The notes under the pieces: generated by a model
What the model was told of the DNA's origin: nothing
Databases searched by the model: none
What the model saw: the letters and a program-made list of their open reading frames with translations, nothing else
Position numbers and translations under genes: made by a program
DNA from: a virus
Lineage: Duplodnaviria; Caudoviricetes
Strand: one strand, 5' to 3'
DNA length: 64,000 bases
IMG/VR virus record: IMGVR_UViG_3300015608_003951
Coordinates: 32,001-96,000 of that record
Part shown: piece after piece, positions 19,159 to 30,189 of the stretch
Position numbering within the stretch: position 1 is the stretch's first letter
How the letters are laid out: each line of letters begins with the position of its first letter

Positions 19159-21027
19159 ATGGCCGTCTACTTCGAGCTGGTGACCGAGGACCTTGATCAG
19201 CGCTTCCGCAAGAGCCTGGATAACCGCAGCCGGGCGGGGGTGAAGAACGTCAGGCGTCCTGACCGGGGGATCGAGGTGAAGGAGGACACTTACGCTGTCT
19301 TCCGGGTCGTTCGGGCGGATGGCTCGGAGATCAAACTGGTGGACTCCTCCTGGGCCGAGGGCGAGGGCCGGGGGTACGCCAATTTCCTCCTCCAGAGCGT
19401 TCAGGACGCTCGGATGGAGCGGCAGCAGATCATCGAAACCTTCTCCTCCCCCCTCGTCTTCTTCTTTGGGGAGTCCCCCCGGTTCATCGACGTCTCTGCC
19501 TTGCTCCTCAACACCAACGACTTCAACTGGGAGGCGGAGTGGTGGGAGAACTACAACAAGTACCTCCGCGGCACCCAGCTCGTGGAGTCGGGGGCCCGAG
19601 CATACCTGCACTACGATGACACCATCATCGAGGGGTACCCGCTCAACGCCACGGCCGTTAAGAGCGCGGACACCCCCTACATCGTGCAGCTACAGTTCCG
19701 TATGTTCGTGACCAACTACGCGAACGTGTCCGCCATCGGGGATCCTTACTTCCCTATCCATGAAAGCGCGGTACTGCCTGCGAACCTGAACGAGCGCGAC
19801 GATCGGACCTTTGCTTTCGAGGTTCAGGGGGGCCCCCAGGTGGCAGCCCAGACCCTCTTCATCAGGTACTTGAAGCAGCTGGGGGCTGTGCAAATCCAGG
19901 AAGAGATCGCCAAGGTGCAGTCCATCGAGGAGGCACAGAGGCTTCAGAAGCAGTACGCGCTGGACCAGCTCGGCGTAGGCATGGAGGGGCAGAACCTGAT
20001 CCCCCTCGCCAAGAGCTTTTTCCAGGGTGCTGTGGGCGCTGTCCGTGGCGATAACGAGACCGTGGACCAGGCCAATCAACGCTTCCGGGAGGAGGCCAAG
20101 AAGGCCCTGCACCTGTCACAGCAGGGCGACCCCATTGGTGCCGCCAAGCTCCTTGCCTCGGGGCACCCTATCGACGCTCTGAACGCTGTGTCCAACCGAG
20201 GCGGCGGTGTAGACCCCCCCTCGCTTACGGACGCTCTGCGCAATGCGATCCTCTACAGCACCCCCTACGTGGGCCAGGACCTTTCCACCTTCGTGGAGAG
20301 CGCGCAGAAGATTGTGTTTCCCGGAGGCGCCAGGCAGATCCTGGAGCCCAAGCGCACCTTCCCGCTGAGGAGTCGGATCGTAGACAACTACGATGAGTAC
20401 CGGGGGACCTTGCCGGAGCAGGCGGCTGCTATCTTCGAGGAGAGGACAGGGGTTCGAGTCGGGGGTGAGGTGGACGACCTGCCCTCTACCGTGGCCAATG
20501 CGATGGAGAGCCTGGGCGTGGAGCCCACCGCAGAGAACATGTACAAGACAGGTCTCGTCTCCTGGAGACCTGGCGAGGGGGTTCGTGTGAATAAGTCGGA
20601 CCCCTTCGGCAGGGATCCTCTGACAGATCCCAGCGTGCCTGGAGCTGGCTCTCGATACACCTACAGCAAGCAATGGGGCACCACCCCCCAGGCAGGCGGA
20701 TCTTCAGGCGGAGCTCTCGGGGGCGGGTTCGGTCCAGGGTACGGAGGGAAGGCCCAAGACCAGGGAGACTTGTTCGGGACGCAAGGCGTCTCCCCCTACG
20801 GGTCCCCCTTTGGAGGCCAGGAAAGCACGTCGCCCTACAGCGTGACCGGCGGCAAGGGGCCGGATGGGGAGCCGCTTTACAAGTTCAAGTACACGTACGG
20901 GCCTACGCCAGGCGGCAGCTTCTTCAGCGGTTCGGGGTCCGTAGGCGCGCTTAACGCGCAAGATGACACTGTGCAGGGAAAGGGGGCCTTCGGTGTGCAT
21001 ACCGCTGCGGGCACCCTGAAGGAGTGA
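19159..21027 (+). CDS. putative tail/baseplate structural protein
   Basis: Follows the tape measure gene. N-terminal beta-rich domain (NFLLQSVQ...FFFGESPRF) and a Gly-rich tail. Confidence 0.55.
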   Translation: MAVYFELVTEDLDQRFRKSLDNRSRAGVKNVRRPDRGIEVKEDTYAVFRVVRADGSEIKLVDSSWAEGEGRGYANFLLQSVQDARMERQQIIETFSSPLVFFFGESPRFIDVSALLLNTNDFNWEAEWWENYNKYLRGTQLVESGARAYLHYDDTIIEGYPLNATAVKSADTPYIVQLQFRMFVTNYANVSAIGDPYFPIHESAVLPANLNERDDRTFAFEVQGGPQVAAQTLFIRYLKQLGAVQIQEEIAKVQSIEEAQRLQKQYALDQLGVGMEGQNLIPLAKSFFQGAVGAVRGDNETVDQANQRFREEAKKALHLSQQGDPIGAAKLLASGHPIDALNAVSNRGGGVDPPSLTDALRNAILYSTPYVGQDLSTFVESAQKIVFPGGARQILEPKRTFPLRSRIVDNYDEYRGTLPEQAAAIFEERTGVRVGGEVDDLPSTVANAMESLGVEPTAENMYKTGLVSWRPGEGVRVNKSDPFGRDPLTDPSVPGAGSRYTYSKQWGTTPQAGGSSGGALGGGFGPGYGGKAQDQGDLFGTQGVSPYGSPFGGQESTSPYSVTGGKGPDGEPLYKFKYTYGPTPGGSFFSGSGSVGALNAQDDTVQGKGAFGVHTAAGTLKE

Positions 21028-21028
21028 C

Positions 21029-24000
21029 ATGTCTGTAGGCGTAGGGCGTCCAGCAAGGATCCGGCTCTTCCTGGAGGGCATCGAGGTGCCGGTTATCTCC
21101 GCGGAGATAACGGCGCAGCCCAATGCGCCGGCACAATGCACGCTACAGATGCCGGCATCGGCCCTGGGCGCCAAGCTACTGCCCAGGACGCTGGTTCACC
21201 TCTTCTTTCTCGACCACAACGAGCCCGCCAGCAAACTTCGACAGTATCGGGGCAAGGACTCTCAGAACCCGAAGCCTGAGAACCCTACGGTGTATGAGCA
21301 GGCCAGGGAGAGGCGAGCCGCGGAAGACGAGTTCGACTCCGGCAACGATGCGGCCTTCTCGAAGGACGTGAGAAACAGCAGATACAAGCTTCTATTCGCC
21401 GGCGAGATCATCGGACGCCAGTACGTCAAACAGCCCACGACGAGGAGCTTGGTCCTCCAGTGCCTCGATCTATCGAACTACTGGGACTATGCGTACCAGT
21501 TCAACAACACCGACCTCTTCGGGCCTAGCTTGAAGGCGGTCTTCTCCGGAGGCAGCACCAACCTGCTCACGGACTTCCTGAGCAGCCCAGGCGAGATCGT
21601 AACGTCCTTGCTGCACCTGCCCAGCGCCAACTACCCTGCCCTGAAGGGGATGCTCGGCGGCCTCATCCGTATGATCGAGGCCATCGGCGGGTGCTACGTC
21701 CAGGACGACAAGTTTCAGGGCCAGAACATCTTCTACAGCCTGGCTGAGCTCCGGCTGCACATCAGCCAGATGCTCACCGCCTGGCCCAAGGATCGCACGG
21801 TAAGTCGACTGCTGGGCGGCGGGTACGACGACATGTTCGGGCGCACCCTGGGCAATCTGGGAGATCAGGTATCCATCCGGACGGTCCTCAACGCCCTGAT
21901 GGCGATCATCTTTCACCAGACCAGCTCTATCCCAAGCCCCTACTTCTCCCCTGGAACAAAGGGGGACACGCTGGGGCGAGAGCGTAAGCCGTTGTCGGCC
22001 ATACCTCGATTCAACAAGATCTACACGTTGGCGATCGAGGGGCAGAAGATGTGCGAGGAGGTCCACGCGAAAGCAGAGCCCTCCAACCTGGAGGAGAGCT
22101 TCGCCTCCGTGCCTGCGGCCGCAGGGAAGGCCGCTGCCGATAGGTTGAGCAAGTACCTCACCACGCTCCAGACGGTCAGGAACCTGTCCAGGCAGGACCC
22201 TGTACTCAAGAGGAACAAGGTGGTGGACCAGACCATGGTCAGCGCCATTGGCTTCCTCCGTACGGCCGTACAGCAGATCCGCAAGATGGGCGGAAGGTGG
22301 GCTGTGAAGTCCCCCGACAGGGACAAGCTTGTCGTCGCGCTCAACAAGGCCCGCGTGCTCCTGAAGAAGCTGGAGAGCGTGGAGGTGGACGTCTCGGACC
22401 CCAAGACGCGAACCCCCTCCAGACTCAACTCGCACATCTTTCACCCGGACATCTGGTTTGCGGCGCCGCCCAGGTGCAACGTTATCTTCCCCAACATGTA
22501 CGACAGCTTGCAGACGCAGCGCGTCGACATGCAGGAGCCTACCCGGCTACTCCTCAAGCTGCACGATGAGTTCTTCGGGGAAGACGAGCTCTTCGACACC
22601 TTCTTCTTCGCCCCCCGGGCCCGTACCCAGAAGGGGAAGAGGAGCACGCTTCAGGCCCTCTTTGAGCGTGACATCATGGAGCACGAGCTCTACACGGGGA
22701 TCTTGCCTGTGTTCACCAAGATGGGTGAGCTCAACATCTTCGCCCTCCGGGACGGCAAGGTTAACGGCAAACAACCTAAGATCGGCCTGGCCCAGCGCTC
22801 GGCGAACTACCTCTACTTCAAGCAGAAGTTTGCGGCCCGGCAGTTGTCCGTGAACTGCTTCTTTAACCCCTACCTGGCGCCCGGATTCCCGGGACTGATC
22901 CTCGACACCTATGTCGACATGGAGAAGGCCGAGGCGTACCAGCAGAGGCAGCGGGACAAGGGCGCTACCCCTACGGAGATCGCCAAGCTTCTGGGTACCC
23001 ACTACCTGGGAAGCTTTACGCAGGTCACCCACAGCCTGAGCTTCCAGGAGGCTCGGACCAGCGTGGGCGTGCAGTACGCCCGCGAGTATGACGAGTCCAC
23101 GGAGTTCTTTGGACCTGCCATCTCCGATGACCAGACCATCCTCAAGCGCTTGGGCGGGGATGCCCATCGCAACACGTACGTCGCTGCGGACGTCAAGCCC
23201 AAGGTGGGGGCCCTGGGCCCGGCTTACGGCATCATTACCCGGGTTGTCGACGTGACGGACGAACCCGGGGTAACGGGGGGTACCTTTCCGATCTACACGG
23301 GGCCTCGACGCAAGGGCGACCCCTCCCTTGACGGGGAAGCCCGCGTAGGTGTGCCTGAGAGGCTAGGTGCTGTGAGCCCTAAGCTTGCTATCGACCGCGG
23401 CGCCAACAAGATGGTCGTCTTCCGGGGCTACCTCATCTTCGAAGATATCCCTCGGTACCGCAGGGATACCGTAGACCTGCCGGCAGAGGAGTATATCCGC
23501 CCGGGTTGGGTGGACGACTGCTGGCACCCGGCCAGCATCGGAGAGGTATATCAGCACTACTTCCGGACGGGCGCGATCACGGACAAGGCTCAGGTCGGAG
23601 ATCCGGATGGGGTCAGCGTTGGGTCTGCCGGGCAGCTGGCCCGGGACCAGTTCATTGTCAACGCAACTGGGAACAAGGAGGGTGACCAGCGGGAGGGTAT
23701 CTCCCCCGCTGTGCTAAGCCTCGACATCAACTCCAGCGTTGAACAGGCGGTCAGGTACTGGCTCCTGGTCTACTCCTACATCATCCAGGGGGGCCTATCT
23801 CAGTCGGCCTTCACCGACGCATTCACCTACAGGCCTATCGCATCCCTGCCAGACATGTTCGGCACCAGCGACCTTGAGCTTGATGTGCGCGGCATCAAGG
23901 CGCTGCGCGGCATCGAGGGGTTCCACTCCAGGGCCTTCGGGCCTTATGACGACGCCTTTGGCCTGGTCACACCCGAGATTACCGAAGTCCTGGGCGCCAC

Positions 24001-24106
24001 GAAGTCTGACGACATCATCCGCAAAAAGTATGATGTTAGGGGTCGTAGGTTCCAGGCCGTGCGAGATTACGTTGACGCGCTGACATTTGTCGCCACCCGA
24101 GGGTTA
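21029..24106 (+). CDS. putative baseplate hub/tail protein (ends at TTA)
   Basis: RLFLEGIEVPV...LLFAGEI...LVLQCLD resembles a hub-type N-terminus. TTA 24104-24106 is followed by ATG 24108. Confidence 0.6.
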
Positions 24107-24107
24107 C

Positions 24108-25400
24108 ATGCCTCCTGAAGTGTTCAACAAGGCCTCTCTTATCCTGGCGCCCACGCGTCGTAGCGGGCGTAGGCCCATCCGAGTGGAGAACCTCATCAAC
24201 AAGGCAGAGCTCTACAAGCGTCCAAGCGGGCTCAAGCTGGCGCACAACTGGTTGGCCAGCCAGGCCGCTGAGCACATGACCGACCTGGCTGGCCTGTCCG
24301 CCATGGCCCTCAGCAGCGCAGATAAGCTGAAGGCGAGCATGAGTCCAGAGGACAACCCTACCAGCGCGGTGGGAGGTCAGCTGGGCAGGGACGCCCTCGA
24401 CCTCGGCGGTCTCGCTGTCATGGCCGCCCCTAGCGTGGCGGCCTACAGAAAGACGCTACAGGGGCAGGGCGGCCCACACCTGGCCGGGGGCGGAAGCAAG
24501 ATCCTCAACGGTATCAACCTGGCCGGCTTGAGTGCGCTGGCGGTCCCCGTGGCCGATCGTATTCAGGCACACCTGCGAGGTGGGGAGGACAAGCAGATCC
24601 TGAGCGACCGGACCCACCACCTGCTCGACGTCGGCGGCCTTGCTACGTTGGCGGGAGGCGTCGCCCGAGAACACCTTGGAGGTCGCAGCGACCCCAGCAC
24701 GACCCGCCGGCTGCTGGGCGGGTACAGCATCCTGGCAGCGCCTGCCGCTGCTGACCTCATCTCCCATCCAGACCCGAACGAGGAGGCGAAGCCCAATCGG
24801 CTCCGTCCGCTGAGCGAGCTTGCAGGCTTGGCGATGCTCGCCTCTCCAACCCTCGGACACTTGGGACACACCAAGGCAGCAGCCGACAAGTCTGATCTGG
24901 AGAAGTCCCTCGGGCGTCTACAGAAGATGGAGGAAGACCCTCCTGAGGCTAAGCAGCTCGGCCGCTATGCCATGGTAGGGGCCGCAGTCGTTCCTGTTGC
25001 GAGCCTGATCGGCGATGCGATCGAGGGGTCCCCCCTGTTGAAGTACACCCCCAACAACAAGGTGGATCTGTTCGCCACGGGGCGTAGGCTGGCTGGCAAG
25101 TCCATCACGGGCGCCATCACCAGCGGGTTTGTCCCCGTGCTCCGCCATCAGCTGGACCGGAGTGCCGAGATCCAGCAGCTACGCGCAGCCCTGGCCAAGG
25201 CCGAAGCACCCGCTCCTGCCGAGACGGCAGCCAAGATAGCTACGGCCCTCATCCCTAGCGGACACACCCCCGCAGCCCGCCTGGCCAGCAGCCGCAGGAT
25301 CGGGGAGCCGAGGATGACCAACCTCGAAGGCCCCTCCCTAGCGCAGCAGTCTCGTACGTTTGGTAAAGTACAACCTGGAACCTCGAAAGGCAGCATCTGA
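24108..25400 (+). CDS. putative virion/ejection protein with repeated hydrophobic helices
   Basis: Six [DNE]L[AG]GL.[AT][ML]A-like repeats and K-x-A motifs. Confidence 0.55.
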   Translation: MPPEVFNKASLILAPTRRSGRRPIRVENLINKAELYKRPSGLKLAHNWLASQAAEHMTDLAGLSAMALSSADKLKASMSPEDNPTSAVGGQLGRDALDLGGLAVMAAPSVAAYRKTLQGQGGPHLAGGGSKILNGINLAGLSALAVPVADRIQAHLRGGEDKQILSDRTHHLLDVGGLATLAGGVAREHLGGRSDPSTTRRLLGGYSILAAPAAADLISHPDPNEEAKPNRLRPLSELAGLAMLASPTLGHLGHTKAAADKSDLEKSLGRLQKMEEDPPEAKQLGRYAMVGAAVVPVASLIGDAIEGSPLLKYTPNNKVDLFATGRRLAGKSITGAITSGFVPVLRHQLDRSAEIQQLRAALAKAEAPAPAETAAKIATALIPSGHTPAARLASSRRIGEPRMTNLEGPSLAQQSRTFGKVQPGTSKGSI

Positions 25401-25795
25401 TGAGCCTGAACCCCCTTACCGACGCCATCCGCGGCCTTGCCGCAGGGGCGGAGTCTCCGAAACAGCCCCCTTCCCAGGAGTCGCTCGACAAGGCCAGGGC
25501 CCTCCTGGCCCGGATCGACCGCAAGGATCGCCCGAAGGAGGAGCACAAGCACGCTGATGCGCCCGAGGATGATACCCCGGGAGCCACCAACAACCGCCCT
25601 CCCAACGAAGCCATGTCGGACGCTGCGGAGCGTACCTTGGCCGACACCCTACACGAGCTGGAGACGCTGTTCCCGAAGGCCCACGCTACGGCCTCCTCGG
25701 AGCGGGACAACGTCCGCAGCCTCCTCCCGGGCAGCAACCCGGACACGATGGTCACGCGCACGGCTTCCCTGCTCAGCCGGGTCCGCTCCCTCTTA
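25400..25795 (+). CDS. hypothetical protein (ends at TTA)
   Basis: TGATG overlap at the start. In-frame TTA 25793-25795. Confidence 0.6.
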
Positions 25796-25837
25796 AGAAG
25801 AGGCGAAAGTCGGTAACAAGGAGGGCGGAGTAAGGCC

Positions 25838-26581
25838 ATGGGTTCCAAAGATGCCAACATTGACGCTGTGGTCGCCAAGCTCGCTGAGGATAGGGGGGAT
25901 TACCACAAACGTTTGCACGCAGAGTGGCTGTCGTCGGGCAAGGACCCCGAGAAGCTTCAGCCCCTGATCAACGAGTTTCGTCCCCTGCTGGAGCGTAAGC
26001 GTGGGGACTACTCGGGGGGCGCCAGGATGCTCATGCCCCAGGCGATAGACGCCAGCCTGATGATTCATTTCGTGAACGCGCTGCACAGCTACGACCCGAC
26101 CAAGGCCGGGCTGAACACTCACGTCCAGAACCGGCTACAGAGTACGCTGCGTGATGTGATCCGCTCGCAAAACGTGGCGCGGATCCCGGAGGACGTGGCG
26201 GCTAACATCGGCAAGGTCCAGCGAGCCCAGGCATCCCTTCAGGACGAGCTTGGCCGCAAGCCTACCGACTCGGAGATCGCTACTCGGGCGGGACTTACCC
26301 CCAAGGGCGTCCAGGGGGTGCTCAGGCGTCTCGTGGCCGACATCCCCTCAGGGTCCTTCGAGAGTGACGCTGTTCACGGGCGCATCTCCCGGGACTCCGA
26401 GGTGTTGCCTCTGCTTCGGGAGCACCTCAAGCCAGAGACCCAACGGGTGTTCGACACCCTCTTCCACCCGACAAACCCTGTGCTGGGCACGGGGGACATC
26501 GCCCGTAGGCTCGGCATGGACGAGCCCACGGTCAGCAAACACCGGACCGCCATCGTGGAGGCGTACAACAAGTTCAAGTTA
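25838..26581 (+). CDS. phage RNA polymerase sigma factor (sigma-70 family, FliA/SigF-like; ends at TTA)
   Basis: Region 2 (ALHSYDPTK.GLNTHV), region 3 (LQDELGRKPTDSEIA), region 4 HTH (DIARRLGMDEPTVSK). TTA follows the final helix. Confidence 0.85.
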
Positions 26582-26609
26582 CCTCGCCCTCGACCCAGCC
26601 CCTAGGACA

Positions 26610-26639
26610 AACCCGGTCAGCCCCACGGCTGATCGGGTT
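26610..26639. terminator. hairpin/terminator after the sigma factor gene
   Basis: AACCCGGTCAGCC...GGCTGATCGGGTT inverted repeat. Confidence 0.55.
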
Positions 26640-26659
26640 GTTACGTTTCAGGAGACACC

Positions 26660-27832
26660 ATGGACAAGATCGTTTTTAAGTACGAGCCCAACGACATGCC
26701 GATCGAGATCGACGGAGACTTCGTCGATCTCACGGCGATGTGGCGGGCAGCGGGTAGCATGGCCAACAAGCGCCCCGCGGACTGGTTCCGCGTCAACGGG
26801 ACGACGGAGTTCATCCGCCACCTGGCCACGCTGGACAACATCCCGGAAGAGCGGGCCATCGATCACTACTGGCGCGTCAGCCGGAACACGGCGACCTACA
26901 CCCTGGCGCACTGGCACCTGGCCATGGCCTACGGCCGGTACCTGTCCCCGGCCTTCCACGTGTGGTGCAATAACACCCTCCGCGCGCACTTCGAGGCCAA
27001 AAAGAAGGCTAGTGAGGGGCTAGTGGCCGCTGCCCACCACCCCACCCAGAGGGTCGACACCTTCAACGAGCGCGCGGCGCTGCCTGACCTCTTCCCCCAC
27101 CACGTCGACTTCCTCACCATGCTGAAGGAGCACCTCACCCGGCTCCTGGAGACCGGGGAGCTGAGCTGGGCCGAGGCCAGGAACGCCTTCACCGTCGCCA
27201 TCAACCAGTACAGCGGCCTCAAGATCCCCCTCTTGCCGCCCCACGCAAGGCCCCACTCGAAGGGGAGGGCCGCTCCCCTCCAGATGGAGCTCCCCCTCAG
27301 CCAGCCTGAGCCGGCGGTGGAGGACAGCGGGGTGTCCGTGGACCCCAGCAGAATCTCCGTGGGAGAAGGGCAGATCGCGGCTCCTGTGGCCTTGAAGGGC
27401 GCGGACTGGTTCACGGCCAACGAGCTCGCGGACCAGATCGACAAGCTGACCCAGACCCAGGACACTCCCGGAGTCCTGGTCCGTCTTTTCGGAAACCGGA
27501 CCCGGGAGTATCGCGGTGGCAAGGTGGCGGACATGCTGCGCCATATGAAGCTCCACCCTCTGCCCACCAAGACGTACATGCCCCCTATCGGCCTGGACAG
27601 CTCCAAGTACGCGGAGGTGCGGGAGACGACCCTGCTGACCAAGGACTCGGGGGACGGTCGCAGGGACAACGTTATCCGCAGGATGGCCTTCTTCAACAAG
27701 TTCGCTGCGGAGACCCTCGCGGCGGCGTTCGATACTCAGTACCAGATCAGGGGGTTCGACAGCAAAAGCGCGATCGCGAGCAAGACCGAGCCCCATGCAG
27801 ACGTGCCCCCTGTGTCAGGCACCGCACCCTGA
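26660..27832 (+). CDS. KilA-N domain DNA-binding protein
   Basis: DFVDLTAMWRAAG...KRPADWFR...T.EFI...TLAHWHLAMAYGRYLSPAFHVWCN is a KilA-N signature. AGGAG SD. Confidence 0.85.
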   Translation: MDKIVFKYEPNDMPIEIDGDFVDLTAMWRAAGSMANKRPADWFRVNGTTEFIRHLATLDNIPEERAIDHYWRVSRNTATYTLAHWHLAMAYGRYLSPAFHVWCNNTLRAHFEAKKKASEGLVAAAHHPTQRVDTFNERAALPDLFPHHVDFLTMLKEHLTRLLETGELSWAEARNAFTVAINQYSGLKIPLLPPHARPHSKGRAAPLQMELPLSQPEPAVEDSGVSVDPSRISVGEGQIAAPVALKGADWFTANELADQIDKLTQTQDTPGVLVRLFGNRTREYRGGKVADMLRHMKLHPLPTKTYMPPIGLDSSKYAEVRETTLLTKDSGDGRRDNVIRRMAFFNKFAAETLAAAFDTQYQIRGFDSKSAIASKTEPHADVPPVSGTAP

Positions 27833-28124
27833 AAATGCCAGCTGCGTACTCGAAGCGGGCCACCCCTTCTATGCCTGGGGGTATACGGCCTGTGCACGCT
27901 TCGAGTACGCGCTGGTTGTCCCCTGCGCTGCTAAGTGGGAGGCCGAGGCAGTTAAGGAGTTCTTCTGGGTGGAGTACGAGCTGCTGTGCGCGGGCAGCGC
28001 GGACACACTGCCTTCCTACCCCCGCGCATTTCGCCTGTTTTCTGGAACAAGGCCGTTGATTTACAGGTGGTGCCCGCATCTGCTTTCAGATGCCTTGGCC
28101 TACACCTTTATGGGAAATAGATGA
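27795..28124 (+). CDS. hypothetical Cys-rich protein
   Basis: CPLC at the N-terminus. ATGA overlap downstream. Confidence 0.45.
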   Translation: MQTCPLCQAPHPENASCVLEAGHPFYAWGYTACARFEYALVVPCAAKWEAEAVKEFFWVEYELLCAGSADTLPSYPRAFRLFSGTRPLIYRWCPHLLSDALAYTFMGNR

Positions 28125-28813
28125 ATCGAGGAGACCGAGAGACACGCCATTCCTTCCACAACGTGGCCGCGTACGTACGCTGCACCAAGCGGACGCACGG
28201 ATACAAACACGCCGTCCTCTTCAAGGAGAATGGGACGATAAAGTTTATGAGCCACGGGGCTTCCGAGACCGCTGCCGCCCTCGTCCACGAAGGTCGGATA
28301 GGTCTGGCTTCCGCACGCGAGGATGCTGAGGCGAGATACAACACGGATAGGGGCTGCTTCGGGTACGCGCTCTACTACGTGCATCTCGTCATGCCGACGA
28401 AGTTCCAGGAGTACCTGCGCCAGGTGCCCACCCTCGAAAGCCTGCTGGAGCGCACGGAACCGGGGACTCGGGACGCTGTTGCTTCGTGGTTCAAGGTGAT
28501 CACGCGTCTGCAATCCGAGCGAGCGGCGCGAAAGCCTGTGGCTGAAGTGCTTTGCAAGGATATGAGCGTCCAAGCCCGATGGCGGGCGGTGCAGGCAGGG
28601 CGATGGCAGATCGCCAGTGAACGGGAGCTGCGAGTCTTGCAAAGGATCGGCAAGGGGCTCTCCAAAAACCCGCCCGTGGATCCGGATGCTGCTCGAAGGC
28701 TCGCCCTCCCGAGCGGGTTGCGCATCCACCCCCGTCTGGCAGAGTTCCTGGGCAATGCCCGTGATAACAGCGAGTTCCTCGCTCTCCCCTACGACTGGGA
28801 CGCCTACGAGTGA
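28121..28813 (+). CDS. hypothetical protein
   Basis: 230 aa ORF. Confidence 0.6.
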   Translation: MNRGDRETRHSFHNVAAYVRCTKRTHGYKHAVLFKENGTIKFMSHGASETAAALVHEGRIGLASAREDAEARYNTDRGCFGYALYYVHLVMPTKFQEYLRQVPTLESLLERTEPGTRDAVASWFKVITRLQSERAARKPVAEVLCKDMSVQARWRAVQAGRWQIASERELRVLQRIGKGLSKNPPVDPDAARRLALPSGLRIHPRLAEFLGNARDNSEFLALPYDWDAYE

Positions 28814-28997
28814 CCTCGATGCGCTCCTAACGACCAGTAAGGAGTGGCTGGACAAGATCGAACAGAGGGAGGACGAGAGGGTGGCCGAGATCAAGCGAAT
28901 CCTCACCGGTCGCGGGGTCTCGGCTAACTCGGACGCCCTGGTGAGCAACGCGGTATCCTCGGCCAAGGAGGACCTGGCCGAGATTCTGGGAGGCTAA
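28806..28997 (+). CDS. small hypothetical protein, start uncertain (ACG 28806 or GTG 28881)
   Basis: Protein-like helical sequence fills the gap between two genes. Confidence 0.4.
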   Translation, partial: TSDLDALLTTSKEWLDKIEQREDERVAEIKRILTGRGVSANSDALVSNAVSSAKEDLAEILGG

Positions 28998-28999
28998 AC

Positions 29000-29212
29000 G
29001 TGAAAGTGTACCTGGTGCACCAAGAGGGGGAGGACACGTACGTCTTCCTTACTCAGGCGCTGGCCAAGTCTTTCGTTGAGCGGCACATCCGAGAAGACCT
29101 GGGGCCAGGCCCGGATCCTGCTGAAGACCTGATGTCCTGGTGGAATGCCTGTGTGCGGACAAAAAAATGGCACATCGAGGAGAAAGACGTGCTTGAGGCA
29201 CTCCCTCGTTGA
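29000..29212 (+). CDS. hypothetical protein
   Basis: GGAGG SD and a MKVYLV start typical of small phage proteins. Confidence 0.65.
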   Translation: MKVYLVHQEGEDTYVFLTQALAKSFVERHIREDLGPGPDPAEDLMSWWNACVRTKKWHIEEKDVLEALPR

Positions 29213-29244
29213 GGAGTGCCTGGGGAAGGGGCTACCCTGACAGC

Positions 29245-30189
29245 ATGGCTGTCAGGCGCACTGTCTCTTTTCTAGTCCCGATCGAGGGTCGGGGGGCGTT
29301 TGATCGGGTGGCCGTTTTCAGGACCGCGCCCGACTTCCAAACCCTGCTATCGAGTCCATCACCTAGCCCTGCCTGTATCCCCTTCCAAGCGCCCATTCCG
29401 ACGGTCGCTGAGACAGGCCCACAAGTGGCTGTGCCAGGCCTGGCGCTGGATCTGGTGGTCGATGGGGCGGCCGTTAGCGTGACGTTCTCGGCCGGGCCGC
29501 GACCTACCCTCCGACAGGCCCTCGATCAGATCAAGGCCAGCAGCCCCTGGGTGGATGGTTTCGTCTTCGGGGGTCAGCTCTTCTTGCAGACGAGGATGGT
29601 GGGCTCTGGTGCAAGCATCTCTGCGATGAACTCCACCGCAGCTTCCATCCTGGGTATCGCGGGCTCCGCCTCCAGGGGCCGTGATGGACATATGGCCCTG
29701 TCCCCCTTGCAGGAGAGGTACACCTTTGACGATCCGGACTACCTGGATCGTCGCAGGTACCTCTATGCGCTCTACAACAGCGCTACCGGGGAATACAGCG
29801 ATAGCGTAGGGCCCTTTGCAAGCACCGACCTCCCCTCCGCTACGGTGGAAGGGTACCTGGACATCGTGGATAGCGGTGGTAGGCCCATCGCAAACAGGGC
29901 TGTCTTGCTTATGCTGGCGGATGGTCAAGCCGGTGGTCTGTCCTCCGTTTTTGTGGGCAACGATGTGGACAGGCAACTTACGGATAGCGGGGGCAGGGCC
30001 AGGTTCAGGTGTAAGCGCGGTTGCAAGTACCAGGTGGTGGTCAGCGGGAGTAAGAGGGTGTTGGCCGTCAGCATCCCCCAGGAGTCCCCCGACCGGATTA
30101 ACTTTTCAGACCTCGCTTACGCTTCCGAGGAGGACGCGTTTCAAGTCCAAGCCGCCCCCGAAGGTCTTTACACCAAGAGGTCCTTGTTA
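29245..30189 (+). CDS. putative virion structural protein (ends at TTA)
   Basis: Leaderless ATG 29245. Beta-rich. TTATG junction at 30187-30191 removes a ~610 nt overlap. Confidence 0.65.

Noticed and set aside
28806-28813. Non-canonical ACG start codon
   Set aside because: It is a single case, and an in-frame GTG at 28881 with a GGAGG SD is an adequate alternative.
30184-30189. TTG also being a stop codon, or TAG/TGA/TAA being reassigned to sense
   Set aside because: TTG occurs inside conserved domains, including the SNF2 helicase and sigma genes. All three canonical stops end genes normally and do not interrupt conserved domains.
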